Positions 25,878-38,992 of a DNA stretch of 64,000 nucleotides are shown in pieces. The position numbers were made by a program, and so were the translations under genes. Source of the DNA: Octopus vulgaris (lineage: Eukaryota); assembly GCA_951406725.2 (NCBI GenBank), contig OX597824.1:36952001-37016000 (forward strand). Direction: 5' to 3'. Numbering within the stretch: the first letter of the stretch is position 1; each line of letters opens with the position of its first letter. A model generated the notes under the pieces. That model was not told the DNA's origin. It saw nothing but the letters and a program-made list of their open reading frames with translations, and made no database searches.

Positions 25878-26165
25878 AGTTTGGACATTGCCCCATCTGA
25901 TTATCATTTATTCCGCAGTCTTCAAAGTCATTTGGACAGAAAAAATATAAATTCTGTAGATGAGATCAGAGTAGTACTGGCGGAATATTTTTCGTCACGG
26001 ACAAGTGAATTTTGGAAGAGGGGCCTTGCAAGTCTACCAGATAGATGGAAAAGCATTATAGAAAATGAGGGAGAATACATTTTAGACAAAAAAAGAACTT
26101 TGTTTATCTTAATTTTGAAAAATAAAAGTATAAAGAGGCAGCGTTATTTATGGGATAACCCTATA
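25878..26165 (+). mobile_element. Mariner 3' fragment
   Basis: DIAPSDYHLFRSLQSHL...FWKRGLASLPDRWKSIIENEGEY; TIR-like ttatttatgggataaccc-ta. Confidence 0.85.
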
Positions 26166-26246
26166 TGTGTATGTATGTGTGTAAAATCCATGCCAGCATG
26201 GAAAACAGATGTTAAAGGATGATGATGATGATGATAATGATGATTT

Positions 26247-26283
<37 letters not shown>

Positions 26284-26286
<3 letters not shown>

Positions 26287-26352
26287 AAGAACACAAGTGG
26301 GGTTTAAAATTTACTGTTTTGGTTGTAAATTTTAAACTCCACTTGTTCTTTT
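26284..26352. repeat. Short inverted repeat abutting (CA)n
   Basis: aaaagaacacaagtggggtttaaaatttac / gtaaattttaaactccacttgttctttt. Confidence 0.85.
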
Positions 26353-26542
26353 AATACCTATACCACACCTGGAACCAACCCCAAGTCTAATCTATGGTTA
26401 ATATTGGATTTGTTATCTAATATATACAATCATACCACATGATTGTTTTACCTCATGTGATCTCAATACTATGGTACCTAGGCAGCCCTGGCATCCTACA
26501 TGTTGATTCTAGTCAATCATATAACTAATGTCTGTCTGTCTG

Positions 26543-26574
<32 letters not shown>

Positions 26575-27120
26575 TGTGTGTATGCATGTATGCATGTATG
26601 CATGCATGTATACATGTATATATGCATGCATGCACACATATGTATAGAGGGAGAGAAAGATAAAGCAGAAAGGAAAAAAAGAAAAAAAGAAAGAAAGAAA
26701 GAAAGAAAAAAAGAAAGAAAGAAAGAAAGAAAGAAAGAAAAAAAAAAAGAAAGCAGGAAAGAAAGAAAGTACTGTGGATAATTACTTGCTAAATACTAAT
26801 GAATGGCAACACTTAAAATGCTGGATGCAACACATGTCTTGTATGCCTTATTGTTTGTTTTCCTGCAAGAATTGAGAAAATTACCAATCAGGATGTTCAC
26901 AAGAATTAACAGTTAATATGTTGTTACCAAAACATTTTTTTTTTTGTTTTCTATTTCTTCATGTAGTATTCAGGAAAAGTTGTGAAAAACAAAAAATAGT
27001 AAAGATCATATGAAGAAAAAAGGAGAATGGAGTCTATGGAATGATTGCATCAATTGGCATCCACTTCCATGTTTTTTTACTCCAGTTTAACCATTTGGTA
27101 TTCCATTCCTGCTGTATTAA

Positions 27121-27339
27121 CCCTTTAGCATTTAATCCAGCCATATCCTGCCAAAATATTCTACCTGTTTTATGTTAAAACTGACCAGATCCAACTTTTC
27201 ATACCTGCCCTACAATGTCATTCTATAAATATACAAACATGCCACTGAAATCTTAATGCTACAAGATAATCTGGGATTAATTCAAAATAATGTCAATAAT
27301 AAGCAATAGATTTGACAAAGAAACTTGAATGTTAAAGAG
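27121..27339. mobile_element. piggyBac-type MITE (inverse of 2687-2898 family)
   Basis: TTAA|CCCTTTAGCATT ... AATGTTAAAGAG|TTAA. Confidence 0.72.
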
Positions 27340-27489
27340 TTAAAGTGTAGAATATATAAAGCATATCATTAAGTTCATTTCTACAAATTTTCTGTAGAGA
27401 ACCTGTAGAGATTCTGCAGAGATAAACTTTAAAATGAGAACATTGCACATATGTACAATTGTGACTTTCTTTCTTTCACTTTTTCTCTC

Positions 27490-27865
27490 TTTTTTACTTG
27501 ACTGTGGCCATGCTGGAGCACTGCCTTTTAGTCAAGCAAATCGACCCCAGGACTTACTCTTTGTAAGCCTAGTACTTATTCTACCGGTCTCTTTTGCCGA
27601 ACCGCTAAGTTAAGGGGAGGTAAACACACCACCATCAGTTGTCAAGCGATGTTGGGAGGACAAACACAGACACACAAACACACACACACATATATATATA
27701 TACATATATACAATGGGCTTCTTTCAGTTTCCGTCTACCAAATCCACTCACAAAGCTTTGGTCAGCCGAAGGCTATAGTAGAAGACACTTGCCCAAGGTG
27801 CCACACAGTGGGAATGAACCAGGAACCATTTGGTTGGTAAGCAAGCTACTTACCACACAGCCACG
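27490..27865 (-). mobile_element. SINE family A
   Basis: Near full-length copy. Confidence 0.88.
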
Positions 27866-28181
27866 TCTTTTGATATACTTATAAGCCATAATATATTATG
27901 ATTTTGTTTTAGCTCATAAGATGATAATTTGGGTCTAGATGGAAAAGAATGGTGCAATCAAGACAGAATTTGAAGAACAGTGTGAACAGCAGTTTATAAC
28001 AGCATCTGATGGACTGGTTGATACTGTGACACTATGGTTACAATACGAGATACTGTGTCCTTGACAGCAGTGTATAATAAGTATCTGATGATCTTCTCAA
28101 TACTGTGATATTATGGTCATAAAATGAAATACTGTGTCCTTGCTTGCAATTAGCAAAACATTATGTATCAGTAGGTCTGAT

Positions 28182-28385
28182 AATCCTTTCTACTTAAGGC
28201 ACAAGGCCTGAAATTTTGGGGGAGGGGACTAGTCGATTACATTGTCCCCACTGTTTCACTGGTATTTAATTTATTGACCCTGAAAGGATGAAAGACAAAG
28301 TTGACCTTGGCAGAATTTGAACTCAGAATATGGAGCATTGCTAAGCATTTTGCCCTGCGTGCTAATGATTCTGCCAGCTCACCAT
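28182..28385 (-). mobile_element. SINE family B
   Basis: Shared head and core. Confidence 0.82.
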
Positions 28386-28917
28386 AGGTTTGATAATAAC
28401 TTCCATCAGTTTTAATTTATTTATTCAGGTTAAAATTCCTGTTCCACATGATTGCAGCATGCCATTCTCAAACATGGCCAGTACTTTAACGTACTTTAAT
28501 AATATGTTGAAAACTAGCGAACCACTTGTGGTGTGTCTAGAAATAAATAAAACACACCAACTTCAAAACCAGCATGAAATCTAAGTTGACTAATATATAC
28601 TTTTAGGCAGTAAAGGTCACAACTACTTCACATCTTCAAAAATCCCAAGTTACCAGAATGAGTTATCAACAAACTCATATTTGAACTTAGAAGAAAATGA
28701 AAGAAAACCAAAATGCAAAGAGCAAACTGAAGTGCAAGAATTCTTGTTTTTTTATTTTTGCTTTTCTTTTTTGTTCTATCTGGTTAGTAAATACTGAGAA
28801 ATATGCTTCAAACCTTACTACTAGAATACTTCATTTCTAACTAATAAGTTCTAGCAAACTCATACAGCAGCGATCTATTAAATCTTTAAACAGACAGAAC
28901 TGACTAATGAAAGAGTA

Positions 28918-29385
28918 TAAGGTGGTGAGCTGGCAGAATTGTTAGCACACTGGACAAAATGTTTAGTGGTATTTCATCCTTTGCTAAATTCTGAGTTCAA
29001 ATTTTGCTGAGGTTGAGTCTACCTTTCATACTTTTGGAGGGGCGATAAATTAAGTACCAGTTGCATACTGGGGTCAATCTAATCGACTGCCCCCCCCCAC
29101 ACACACACACAAATATCAAGCCTTGTGCCAATAGCAGAAAGGTTTATTATTATTATTATTATGATTATTATTATTATTATTATTATTATTAAGGTGGCAA
29201 GCTGGCAGAATTGTTAGCACACTGAACAAAATGCTTAGTTCAAATTCTGCTGGGGTCAACTTTGCCTTTCATCCTTTTGGAGTCGATAAATTGAGTACCA
29301 GTGAAACACTTGGGGGTCGATGTAATTGACTTACCCCTCCCTTGAACTTGCTGACATCGTACCAAAATTAGAAATTATTATTATA
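28918..29385 (+). mobile_element. Two tandem family B SINEs separated by (TTA)n
   Basis: Heads at 28919 and 29191. Confidence 0.85.
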
Positions 29386-29399
29386 ACTCAATTTGTTCA

Positions 29400-29533
29400 T
29401 CATGTTCAAGTACACGTATATTCTTCATTATTTTATTTCTTTTATTCAATTTTAGAAAAATTGAAGCATATCTTTTAAAATTCCAGAAGTGTATTGAACT
29501 TATTTTGTGCGTAACTTTTGGATCACCCTGTAT
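29400..29533. mobile_element. Tc1/mariner terminal fragment
   Basis: Ends in aacttttggatcaccctg-ta, a typical Tc1-like TIR. Confidence 0.5.
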
Positions 29534-29721
29534 CTAAGATGGATCTACAGTTTAAATTTGCTTCTTACATATCTACAGCATCCTCACACGAGATACCTTC
29601 CTAGTTGTTTTATCTCACTGTGAACCCAATGTTATTGTACCTTATTGTACCTAGCAATTTCTGGCATCCTATGTGCTGATGACCCTAGATTCTAATGAAC
29701 CCTAAAACTAATCTATAATAG

Positions 29722-30058
29722 TAAGACCCCTTTCAGTCATGAATGACCATGGGATTGCACCTAGAAAGTTACCCTCCAAGGCACAAGTCCAGGCAAGGTT
29801 TGTTTATGAAAGACCAGCAGTTGCCCATGCATGCCAGTATCCCCTCTCCACACCATCAATGTTATTCAAGGGAAAGACGAAAGCTAATACAGCTTGGCAC
29901 CAGTGATGTCGCAACTCATTTCTAAAGCTGAGTGATGTGAAGCAATGCAAAATAAAATGCCTTCTCAAGAACACAACACACAGCCTGGTCCTGGAATCAA
30001 ACTCACTACCTTATGATTGTGAGCCTGACACTCTAACCACTGAGCCATGCACCTCCAC
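29722..30058 (-). mobile_element. SINE family E
   Basis: tRNA-like head at 29985-30058; body shared with 262-570. Confidence 0.82.
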
Positions 30059-30789
30059 AATCTAAAATAAGATACCATAATTACCTTATTACTATAATTA
30101 CAGTAACAGGTATAATGACACAATTACATCAAAAAAATTGTTATAGAAGCTAATAAAACAAGTCCAGAGTTTTGTTATAAAAACATATTTTAGATTCAAA
30201 ATGTTATTTTCACACACCATGTCTTGACATACTTTCTTTGTATTCTCTGAAAACATATCTAAACCTAAAGCTTTTCTTTTCTTTCCTTCATTGCAAGGTT
30301 TTCTTCAGTAAAAAGCTAAATGGGATGGGGTTGGGCTCTCTACAAAATATAAACAAAAAAAAAAGAAAAGAAAAAATTAGGAGAATAAACAGTTATAGCC
30401 AGGAACATAATCCAATGACATAGTATTCAGTTTTTATAGCAGCTTTGGGTAACGTGGGGTTAGGGTTCAGGATGACAGTATTGTCCTTTCTCAATGTAAA
30501 CATGAAAATCATGATGGATTATTTATGTAATTAAGTACAAGTACTTTTTATGTATGAGAATAAATAAAAAACAAAAAAACAAAAGCTATATATCATCTTG
30601 CAGAAATAAAATATAAATAAAAATAAAACTACTAAAAAAGAATTCAAGGTTTTGAAGGAAGAGAAAAATAAGAGTTATGACATTCATAGATTTTCTTCCA
30701 ATTAAATAAGCGTTTGTAAGTAAAGTGATGCAAGTCTAACAGAGAGCCAAATCTGAGTTCACATTGCACTTGATGGTTCGTAACAGAGG

Positions 30790-31060
30790 TTTGTATCATG
30801 TAAACAACATTCCACCTTCAGATTCATCTTTTTCATGTCATTCCATGCATCATTAAACACAATTCAGAATCCAACAGTTCCATGCACTAAACGTTCCATT
30901 CTGAGTCAGTCCGAATTTATAGAATCTGTTACATTTTAGCTGTTCCTCATCTCTGAGTCAGCCTCAATATGGTTTAAAACCAAATTCCATCCCCTTTCAT
31001 CATTCCTGCCAACTTTTGTTGTTGTTGTTGACTTTTGCTCGAAGTGACTCATGATACATA
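30790..31060. promoter_or_regulatory. Candidate intronic enhancer (AP-1 + TEAD motif cluster)
   Basis: TGAGTCA 30902 and 30954, TGACTCA 31045; CATTCC at 30808, 30839, 31001; TGTAAACA 30799. Confidence 0.4.
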
Positions 31061-31139
31061 GAGACTCTTCCAATGCATGAGGTTTTTTTTGAAAGCAAAA
31101 ACGCTTACTGATCAAACTAACATAGAAAAAGTATCAATT

Positions 31140-31545
31140 ACTCTCTTTTACTCTTTTACTCGTTTCAGTCATTTGACTGCAGCCATGCTGGAGCACCGCC
31201 TTTAATCGAGCAACTCGACACCAGGACTTATTCTTTTTCTAAGCCCAGTACTTATTCTATCGGTCTCTTTTGCCGAACCGCTAAGTTACGGGGACATAAA
31301 CACACCAGCATCGGTTGTCAAGCAGTGCTAGGGGAACAAACACAGACACACAAACAAACACACATACATATATATACATATATACGACAGGCTTCTTTCA
31401 GTTTCCGTCTACCAAATCCACTCACAAGGCATTGGTCGGCCCGGGGCTATAGCAGAAAACACTTGCCCAAGATGCTACGCAGTGGGACTGAACCCGGAAC
31501 CATGTGGTTGGTTAGCAAGCTACTTACCACACAGCCACTCCTGCA
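31140..31545 (-). mobile_element. SINE family A
   Basis: Full-length copy. Confidence 0.9.
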
Positions 31546-31578
31546 CTGTGTAATAATAATTACTATTATTATTACAAT

Positions 31579-32470
31579 TAAGGTGGTGAGCTGGCAGAAT
31601 CATTAGCATGTAAGGCAAAATGCTAAGTGGCATTTCATTTGTCTTTATTTTCTGAGTTCAAATTCCACCTAAGTTGACTCTACCTTTCATCCTTTCAGGG
31701 ATCAATAAAATAAGTAAAACAAATGAGCAATGGGGCTGATGTAATAGACTTACCACTTCCCCAATATTTGAAACCACTATTATTATTTTTAAATTACTCA
31801 TGTTTAATATATTAATGTTTTAAGGCAGTGAGCTGGCAGAAACGTTAGCACATCGGGCGAAATGCTTAGCGGTATTTCATCTGCCATTACGTTCTGAGTT
31901 CAAATTCCGCCGAGGTTGACTTTGTTTGTCTCCTCTGTGTTTAGCCCCTTGTGGGTAGTAAAAAAATAGGCAATAAAGAAATAAGATACATTAGCACCCC
32001 AGGCGAAATGCTGATTGGTATTTCATGTCTTTACGTTCTGAGTTCAAATTCCATCAAGGTCAATTTTGCCTTTCATCCTTTCAGGGTCAATAAATTAAGT
32101 ACCAGTTGCATACTGGGGTCGATCTAATCGACTGATCCCCCTTCCCCAAAATTTCGGGCCTTGTGCCTAGAATAGAAAAGAAAATATTAATGTTTTCAAA
32201 TATGCTAACTTACACTATGGAATTTCCATGGGTCCCACTAGTCATAATAATAATGGTTTCAAATTTTGCCACAAGGTTAGCAATTTTGGGAAAGGAGATG
32301 AGTCAATTATTTTGACTCCAGTGTTTAACAGGTACTTATTTTATCGACCCCCAAAAGGATGAAAGGCAAAGTCAACCTCGCCAGAATTTCAACTCAGAAT
32401 GTAAAGACGGACGAAATGCTGCTAAGCATTTCGCCCAACGTATTAATGATTCTGCTAACTCACTGCTTTA
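31579..32470. mobile_element. Cluster of family B SINEs (three +, one -)
   Basis: 31579-31780, 31822-31970, 31990-32180 (+); 32250-32470 (-). Confidence 0.82.
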
Positions 32471-32759
32471 GTAATGAGGATAATGAAGATAATAATGATT
32501 TTAACATGTATATGTTAACATGTGTTAACATGTATATGTTAATTATCTCACTACAAAAAAAATGCCCTTCACTTTTAGGGAAAGGGAACACGGGTGTTGT
32601 GTAAAAATCTAAAATGAGGGGAATAAAGTTCAACAGGGAAGCAAAACAGTTTTTATAGGATTTTTTATTAGAATAAATTCAAAACAATCTTAAAACCAAA
32701 ACAAACAAAAAGATTGAATTAAGCTTGAACACCTTGACATGTTGAACATTATTATATAT

Positions 32760-33170
32760 AGGCATAGGTGTGGATGTGTGCATAAGAAGCTTACTCCCCA
32801 AATACATGGTTCCTGGTTCAGTCCCACAGCGGGGCACCTTGGACAAATATCTTTTACTACAGTCCAACTAAAGCCTTGCAAATGGATTTGGCAGATAGAA
32901 ACTGAAAGAAACCTGTTTAGTGGTGGTGTTGGCGGGGGGGGGGGGAGTATCTATCTGTGTGTGTCTGTGTTATGCTTGTATCCTACCATCACTTGACAAC
33001 AGGTGTGGGTTTCTTTGTGTCCCCACAACTTAGCAGTTTGACAAAAGAGACTGACAGGATATACCAGACTTAAAATAAGTACTAGGGTTTATTTGTTGAA
33101 TTACAACCTTTGGCGTAATGCCCCAGCATGACCATGATCCAATGAATGAAACAAGTAAAAGATAAAAGAT
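32760..33170 (+). mobile_element. SINE family A (older, diverged)
   Basis: Full-length diverged copy. Confidence 0.8.
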
Positions 33171-33805
33171 ATAAATATCTATATTTGGAGTTCAACTTGT
33201 TTTGCTTTCTTAAGTAATTGACCAATTATTTTGTGAAGTTAAAACTAGCCGTATTGAGTTACTAATAGAAGAGAAAAGAATAGATTAGAAGAGGCTAATC
33301 TGAGACAAGGGATTTACAGATACTTTGTGGATTAATCAATAAAACATTTAGCCAAAAAGTAATAGATACAGTTTATGGGAGTGATGGGTACATAATTATG
33401 GTAGGTAATACCTGAGTGGGAAATATGATCCTGGTGAGTAACAGGTATGTTTCTCTTTTCTGTTTCACCTTGGAATATATAATGGTCAAAGATTACTTTT
33501 CCATTGAAAATCTTAACAATTAATTACTTCATAAAATACAGTTTATAACTTGATAGTCATCTGGTGAGTGTAGTAGATCAATTTTCAATGAGATACTGAT
33601 TGATTTCCTTCTTTAAATCAGTTTCTTCCTGTTGGTGTCCAACAAGGAATAAACCAGAGAATTAATGCCATCCCTTGTTTTCAACATATCTTTTACCTTT
33701 TATTTGTTTCAGCTATTGAACTATGGCCATGCTGAGGCACTGTCTTGAAAGATTTTTTTTTTTAAGCCTGGGACTAATTCTATTCGCCTCTTTTGCCAAA
33801 TTGTG

Positions 33806-33842
<37 letters not shown>

Positions 33843-33844
33843 GC

Positions 33845-33878
<34 letters not shown>

Positions 33879-33880
33879 GC

Positions 33881-33913
<33 letters not shown>

Positions 33914-33921
33914 CACACATG

Positions 33922-33965
<44 letters not shown>

Positions 33966-33969
33966 TATA

Positions 33970-34225
33970 TATGTATGTGTGTGTATATGTTTTTGTGTCT
34001 ATGTTTGTTCCCCTCCAACATCGCTTGACAATAGATGCTGGTGTGTTTATGTCCCCATAACTTAGCAGTTCGGCAAAAAGTGACCGATAGAATAAGTACT
34101 AGGCTTCCAAAGAATAAGTCCTGGGGTCGATTTGCTCGACTAAAGGCGGTGCTCCAGCATGGCCGCAGTCAAATGACTGAAACAAGTAAAAGAGTAAAAG
34201 AGTAAAGAGTAAAGAATAAAGAGTA
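33970..34225 (+). mobile_element. SINE family A, 3' half
   Basis: Starts in TA/TG microsatellite; tail gtaaaagag repeats. Confidence 0.85.
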
Positions 34226-35206
34226 AATCAAATCATCAAAATTTCGAAGCAATGAGAAACTACATGATTTATTGAAAACAAAATGCGATTAAATAAACAT
34301 TACATTTGACAGAGTAACCTGAATACTAAAGAGTCAAACCATCCTGTTGTGTGTATTTAGAATAAGTCAGAGATTTTAGCTGGGCATTACAGGTTATATT
34401 TGCTTTATGAAATGAAGGTTTGATGTTCAAATGAGTGTATATTATGCTTATAAATAAGGGAAATGGTTTGTTACAAGCACATTTTCAGTATTACATATTT
34501 ATAGTACATAGCAAGATATTTGAAAAATGATTAAAAAAACAAAACATAGACAACTAAATACCACTGTCACAGAAAGTCACACGCACACAATCACACACAC
34601 ACACACACACACACACACAAGCACGCACTAGTTTCCTGGTTGGAAAAATCTGCTTAAAGAGATTAACAGAAGAAATGGCACATACGCGCGTTAATGCACA
34701 CACACACACACACATATATATATATGCACACACAGATGGACAGAAACACAGAGCCAAACTAATTGATCGTTAATTGGGTAGTAATGAAATAAAGTTATAT
34801 ATATTTTTTGCCTGGAGAGACACAACCTTACTGAACAGGCAAACATCCTATACCTTAACTAACTTAGCCACTGCGCTCTAATTGATGTGGGTTTATTTGT
34901 TTATTCATTTAGCATAAATTCAAGGTGAATCTTGTATATTTGAAGGGTCATATATAACAGAACCAATACCTGTATTTCTGTAGTTCTTAGCAATACATCA
35001 TGTAGGAGCATGGTTTAATGGTTAGGGTATTTGGCTCACAATTGTAAGGTCATAAGTTCTATTTCTAGTGGCACACTGTGTCTTTGAGCAAGATGCTTTA
35101 TTTCACGCTGCTTCAATTCATTCGGCTGGGAAAAATTAGTAGCACCTGTAATTCAAAGGTCCAGCCTTGTCACACCCTGTGTCAAACTGAATCTCCTTGA
35201 GAACTA

Positions 35207-35762
35207 TTGGGTTATCCGGAAAGTTTGTGCTGATATATAGTAGCTTACTTTTTGACTTATTTCAGAACATAGTTGAGTCCATAAAATTGGATTTTACTAC
35301 ACCTCCATTTAGAGCACAGTTTAAGCTATCTTTTCATGGAAGAAGGTTTATGTTCCTATAACCTGTGTTAATTTTGTAACCCTTTAAAATGGAAGATAAG
35401 AAAGTTCATTTTTGGCACTTGATGCTTTGGGAACCCAACAAAAATTGCTGCAGCTCTGCTGGGATATGTTACCCCACCCTCCATATTCCCCAGATATTGC
35501 TCCTTCGGATTTCCACTTATTCAGGTCTCTGCAGAATAGTCTTAATGGTAAAAATTTCAATTCCTTGGATGACGTAAAAAGATACCTTGATGAATTCTTT
35601 GCCATGAAACCACCTCAATTCTGAGAAGTGGGTATTTTCAAGTTAAAGGAAAGATGGAGACGCATTGTGCAACAAAATGGTTCATATTTGGTTGATTAAA
35701 AATGTATTTATTGACCTTTTTCTTTCCTTTAAAAATTGGCACAAACTTTCCAGACAACCCAA
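35207..35762 (+). mobile_element. Internally deleted non-autonomous mariner, copy 2 (inserted in a SINE)
   Basis: Same TIRs, TA duplication and deletion junction as 21868-22433. Confidence 0.92.
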
Positions 35763-36459
35763 TACATTAAGAGTATACGTGTCTGTGAAGTACTCAGCCA
35801 CATAATTGTTAATTTCCCAAACAGGTTGTTCCATTGATTGAGCCAACTGGAACCCTCTTCATTGTAACCGAAGGAGTGCGAGTTTTTCGGAGGTGTTTTT
35901 TAGCATTCCATCACTACCATCTTAACTTTTTCCAGAATACGCCCACCCTTATAAAATATAAGCTAGCCATGAATCTTCTCTATAGCAAGACACTTAAGGC
36001 ACCCACTCTATTTGTCCTTGGCATTAAGCTACCTCTCCACCCTCTCAAATATTCCACCACCACCCCTATTTAGTCAAAAGTATTTTTTCCCCCTTTTTCC
36101 TTTCCCTTGTTCTTTCCTCTCTCTCTCTCTCTCACAACTTACTCAGCAACCTCTGAGTTAATACATATTCTTAAGTGGTTGGCATTTGGAAAGACATCCA
36201 GCCACAGAAACCTTGCCAAAACACACACTGGAACTTGGCACAGCCCTGTGGATTACAGAATCTTATCAAACTGTCAATTACATTGACCCCCAGTGCTCAA
36301 CAAGGAATTTAATTTATCAACCCTGAAAGGATGAAAGGCAAAGCCAACCTTGGCAAAATTTGAACTCGGAATCTAGAAGACAGACAAAATGCTGCTAAGC
36401 ACTTTATCCAGCATGCTAATGATTCTGCCAGCTAGCCACCTTCAATCTGTCTAAATATA

Positions 36460-36666
36460 CTCTTTTATTCTTTTATTTGTTTCAGTCATTTGACTGTGGC
36501 CATGCTGGAGCACCGCCTTTAGTCAAGCAAATCGACCCCAGGACTTATTCTTTGTAAGCCTCGTACTTATTCTATCAGTTTCTTTTGCCAAGCTGCTAAG
36601 TTATGGGGACGTAAACACACCAGCATTGGTTATCAATCTATGTTAGGGGGACAAACACAGACACAT

Positions 36667-36721
<55 letters not shown>

Positions 36722-36895
36722 TACGACGGGCGTCTTTCAGTTTCCATCTACCAAATCCATTCACAAGGCTTTGGTCGGCCTGAGACTGAAACTATAGTAG
36801 AAGACACTTGGCCAAGGTGCCACGCAGTGGGACTGAACCCAGAACCATGTGGTTCATAAGCAAGCTACTTACCACACAGCCACTTCTACGCCTAT
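36460..36895 (-). mobile_element. SINE family A
   Basis: Full-length copy. Confidence 0.88.
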
Positions 36896-36914
36896 ATCAA
36901 ACAGAAATACCCAG

Positions 36915-37093
36915 AAGTAACTTTTTCTCAATTGCAGTACACTTACATTTTTTTCAAAATTCAACAGCACACCTAAACTAAAAATGTTACTAAAGGTATA
37001 AGGAAAAAAATTATAATCAGGTTACACTGTGGCACACCAAGCATCGTCCCGTGGCACACCAGTGTACCACAGCATACAGGTTGCAGAGCACTG
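36915..37093. mobile_element. hAT-type MITE, same family as 41801-42324
   Basis: Shared internal sequence and gttgcagagcactg end. Confidence 0.65.
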
Positions 37094-37364
37094 GTATAAA
37101 ACACACATCCCAATTTCAGCAGCACAAATTCAGAAGAAAAGTTTTTAGTGCATTCAGGGACAAAATAAACTCATAGGAAACCCAGCTTTTCATATGGGAC
37201 CCAGTGTAGAGGTTTGGTGGGGAAGGGGTGTTTCTTTTTTTTTTTAATGAGATATTTTATGGGGGGAAAAAGTGCATTTTATATACCATCAAATATGGTA
37301 GTTTGCATTTCATATCTTTGAAGAACTACGAAATAAGTTCCAGACAAAGAATCAGGGTTGATAT

Positions 37365-37590
37365 ATATTTCTTAACTACCCACAAGGGGCTAAATATAGA
37401 GGGGACAAACAAGGACAGACAAAGGGATTAAGTTGATTATATCGACCTCAGTACGTAACTGGTACTTTCTTTACTGACCCCGAAAGGATGAAAGGCAAAG
37501 TTGACCTCGGCGGAATTTGAACTCGGAACGTAACGACGGACGAAATACCGCTAAGCATTTCACCCGGTGCGCTAACGTTTCTGCCAGCTC
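37365..37590 (-). mobile_element. SINE family B
   Basis: Near-consensus copy. Confidence 0.88.
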
Positions 37591-38684
37591 GAGGGTTGAT
37601 ATAGCTGACTCAAAATCCCTTGGAAGCAATGACCTGACATGGTTCTCGTTCAATGACTCAAAGACAGAGAAAACAAGAATGTAGACATTGTGTTAACACT
37701 AAACTAAACAAGGACTAACATAGTAACACATTGTAGTAAGTGTACTTTTAAGAGTCTCATACCACCAGAGAACAATAAAAACAGAGCAGAAAGCAGGTTC
37801 AGAAGCTGATTAGAAGAACTGTCAACACTCCTTAATTCCTTATTTTTATCTTCCTTTTAATTCAAATATGACAGGAAATAACAGTGAGATAAAGAGAGGG
37901 GAATGCAGTGAGATAAAAGACTTGACACAGGACAACCAATTTTTGTATACAAGTTTAACAATAAAATATAAAATATAAAATAAAATAAACTTCTACTTTT
38001 TGTAATTGTATTTTTCTATTTTTAGTTTTAGCTTTTCATTCATCCTCAATTAACTGGAAGCAGAGATTTACAAAAGAGCAAATATATGTTCACTCCTCAA
38101 AGACCTTCCTCTATCTTACTCATTCAACCATAAGATGGGTGAGCCTTTACGTGGTCCTCCAACCTGCTAGAAATAGCAGCTAAGTCTCCTTCAGATTACA
38201 TGATACCAACTTGAGAAAGGACATGAATATTGTGGTCCTATGTTCCTGACACTGGAAAAAGTTGGGATGGTCACAGCCGAAATGCCTTTGATCATAGATC
38301 TGTATGATCGAGGTTGACCTGGAGCTAAACCATAACTATGAAATAGGATTGTCTGAGCAGGAAGCCTCTGTGAAGTTTCTGAAGCTGCTAGAAAAAGTAA
38401 CCAAAATCCCTTCAAATCACACATAACTATCTTAAAAAGAGAAGGATATGGATGATGTAGTCACAGAACATGTTTAATCATAGGTCAATATGTTGACCAA
38501 TGTTGACCTGGTGCTAAACAACCACAATATAGGGGTTCTAAGGACCACTGTCAGGAGACAAATTGTGGTACCAAATCTTCAATTTTTTTATCTTTTACTT
38601 GTTTCAGTCATTAGACTGTGGCCATGCTGGGGCATCACCTTGAAGAATTTTTGGTTGAATGAATTGTAAATGTAATAATAATAG

Positions 38685-38992
38685 GTTGGGGGAAGTAGTG
38701 GAATAGTTGGCAAGGACAAATGGAGTCAGGTGGTATGGGCATGTGTTGAGGAGGGATGAAGAGCATGTTCTGAGGAGGGTGATTATGTTTGAGGTAAATG
38801 GAATGCGAAAGCCAGGTAGACCGAGGAAAAGGTGGGGGAGGAGATTGGGAGGGTTGGTTTGAAAAAGGAGGACACCCAAAACTGGGCAAGATGGTGAGCT
38901 GGTGTGAGGGTGGTTGCTCTGGCATTGAGGTAGATCCAGCCACCCCTGGTAACAGGGACAAAACCCGGATTTAAAACACTGGATGATGATGA
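38685..38992 (+). mobile_element. RTE-clade LINE 3' fragment
   Basis: RWYGHVLRRDEEHVLRRVIMFEVNGMRKPGRPRKRW, then (GAT)n tail. Confidence 0.82.

Noticed and set aside
27639-27884. Recurrent peptides such as ASFSFRLPNPLT.LWSA / LLSVSVYQIHSQGFG
   Set aside because: Translations of SINE family A, not a gene family
33713-34065. Many ORFs rich in YI/HT/CV repeats (also 1243-1605, 4552-4827, 13466-13682, 51421-51871, 57472-57694)
   Set aside because: Stop-free translations of (TA)n/(CA)n microsatellites and SINE bodies
38440-38452. ATATCCTT on minus strand (AT-AC U12 donor-like)
   Set aside because: Inside an interspersed repeat with no upstream exon; expected by chance
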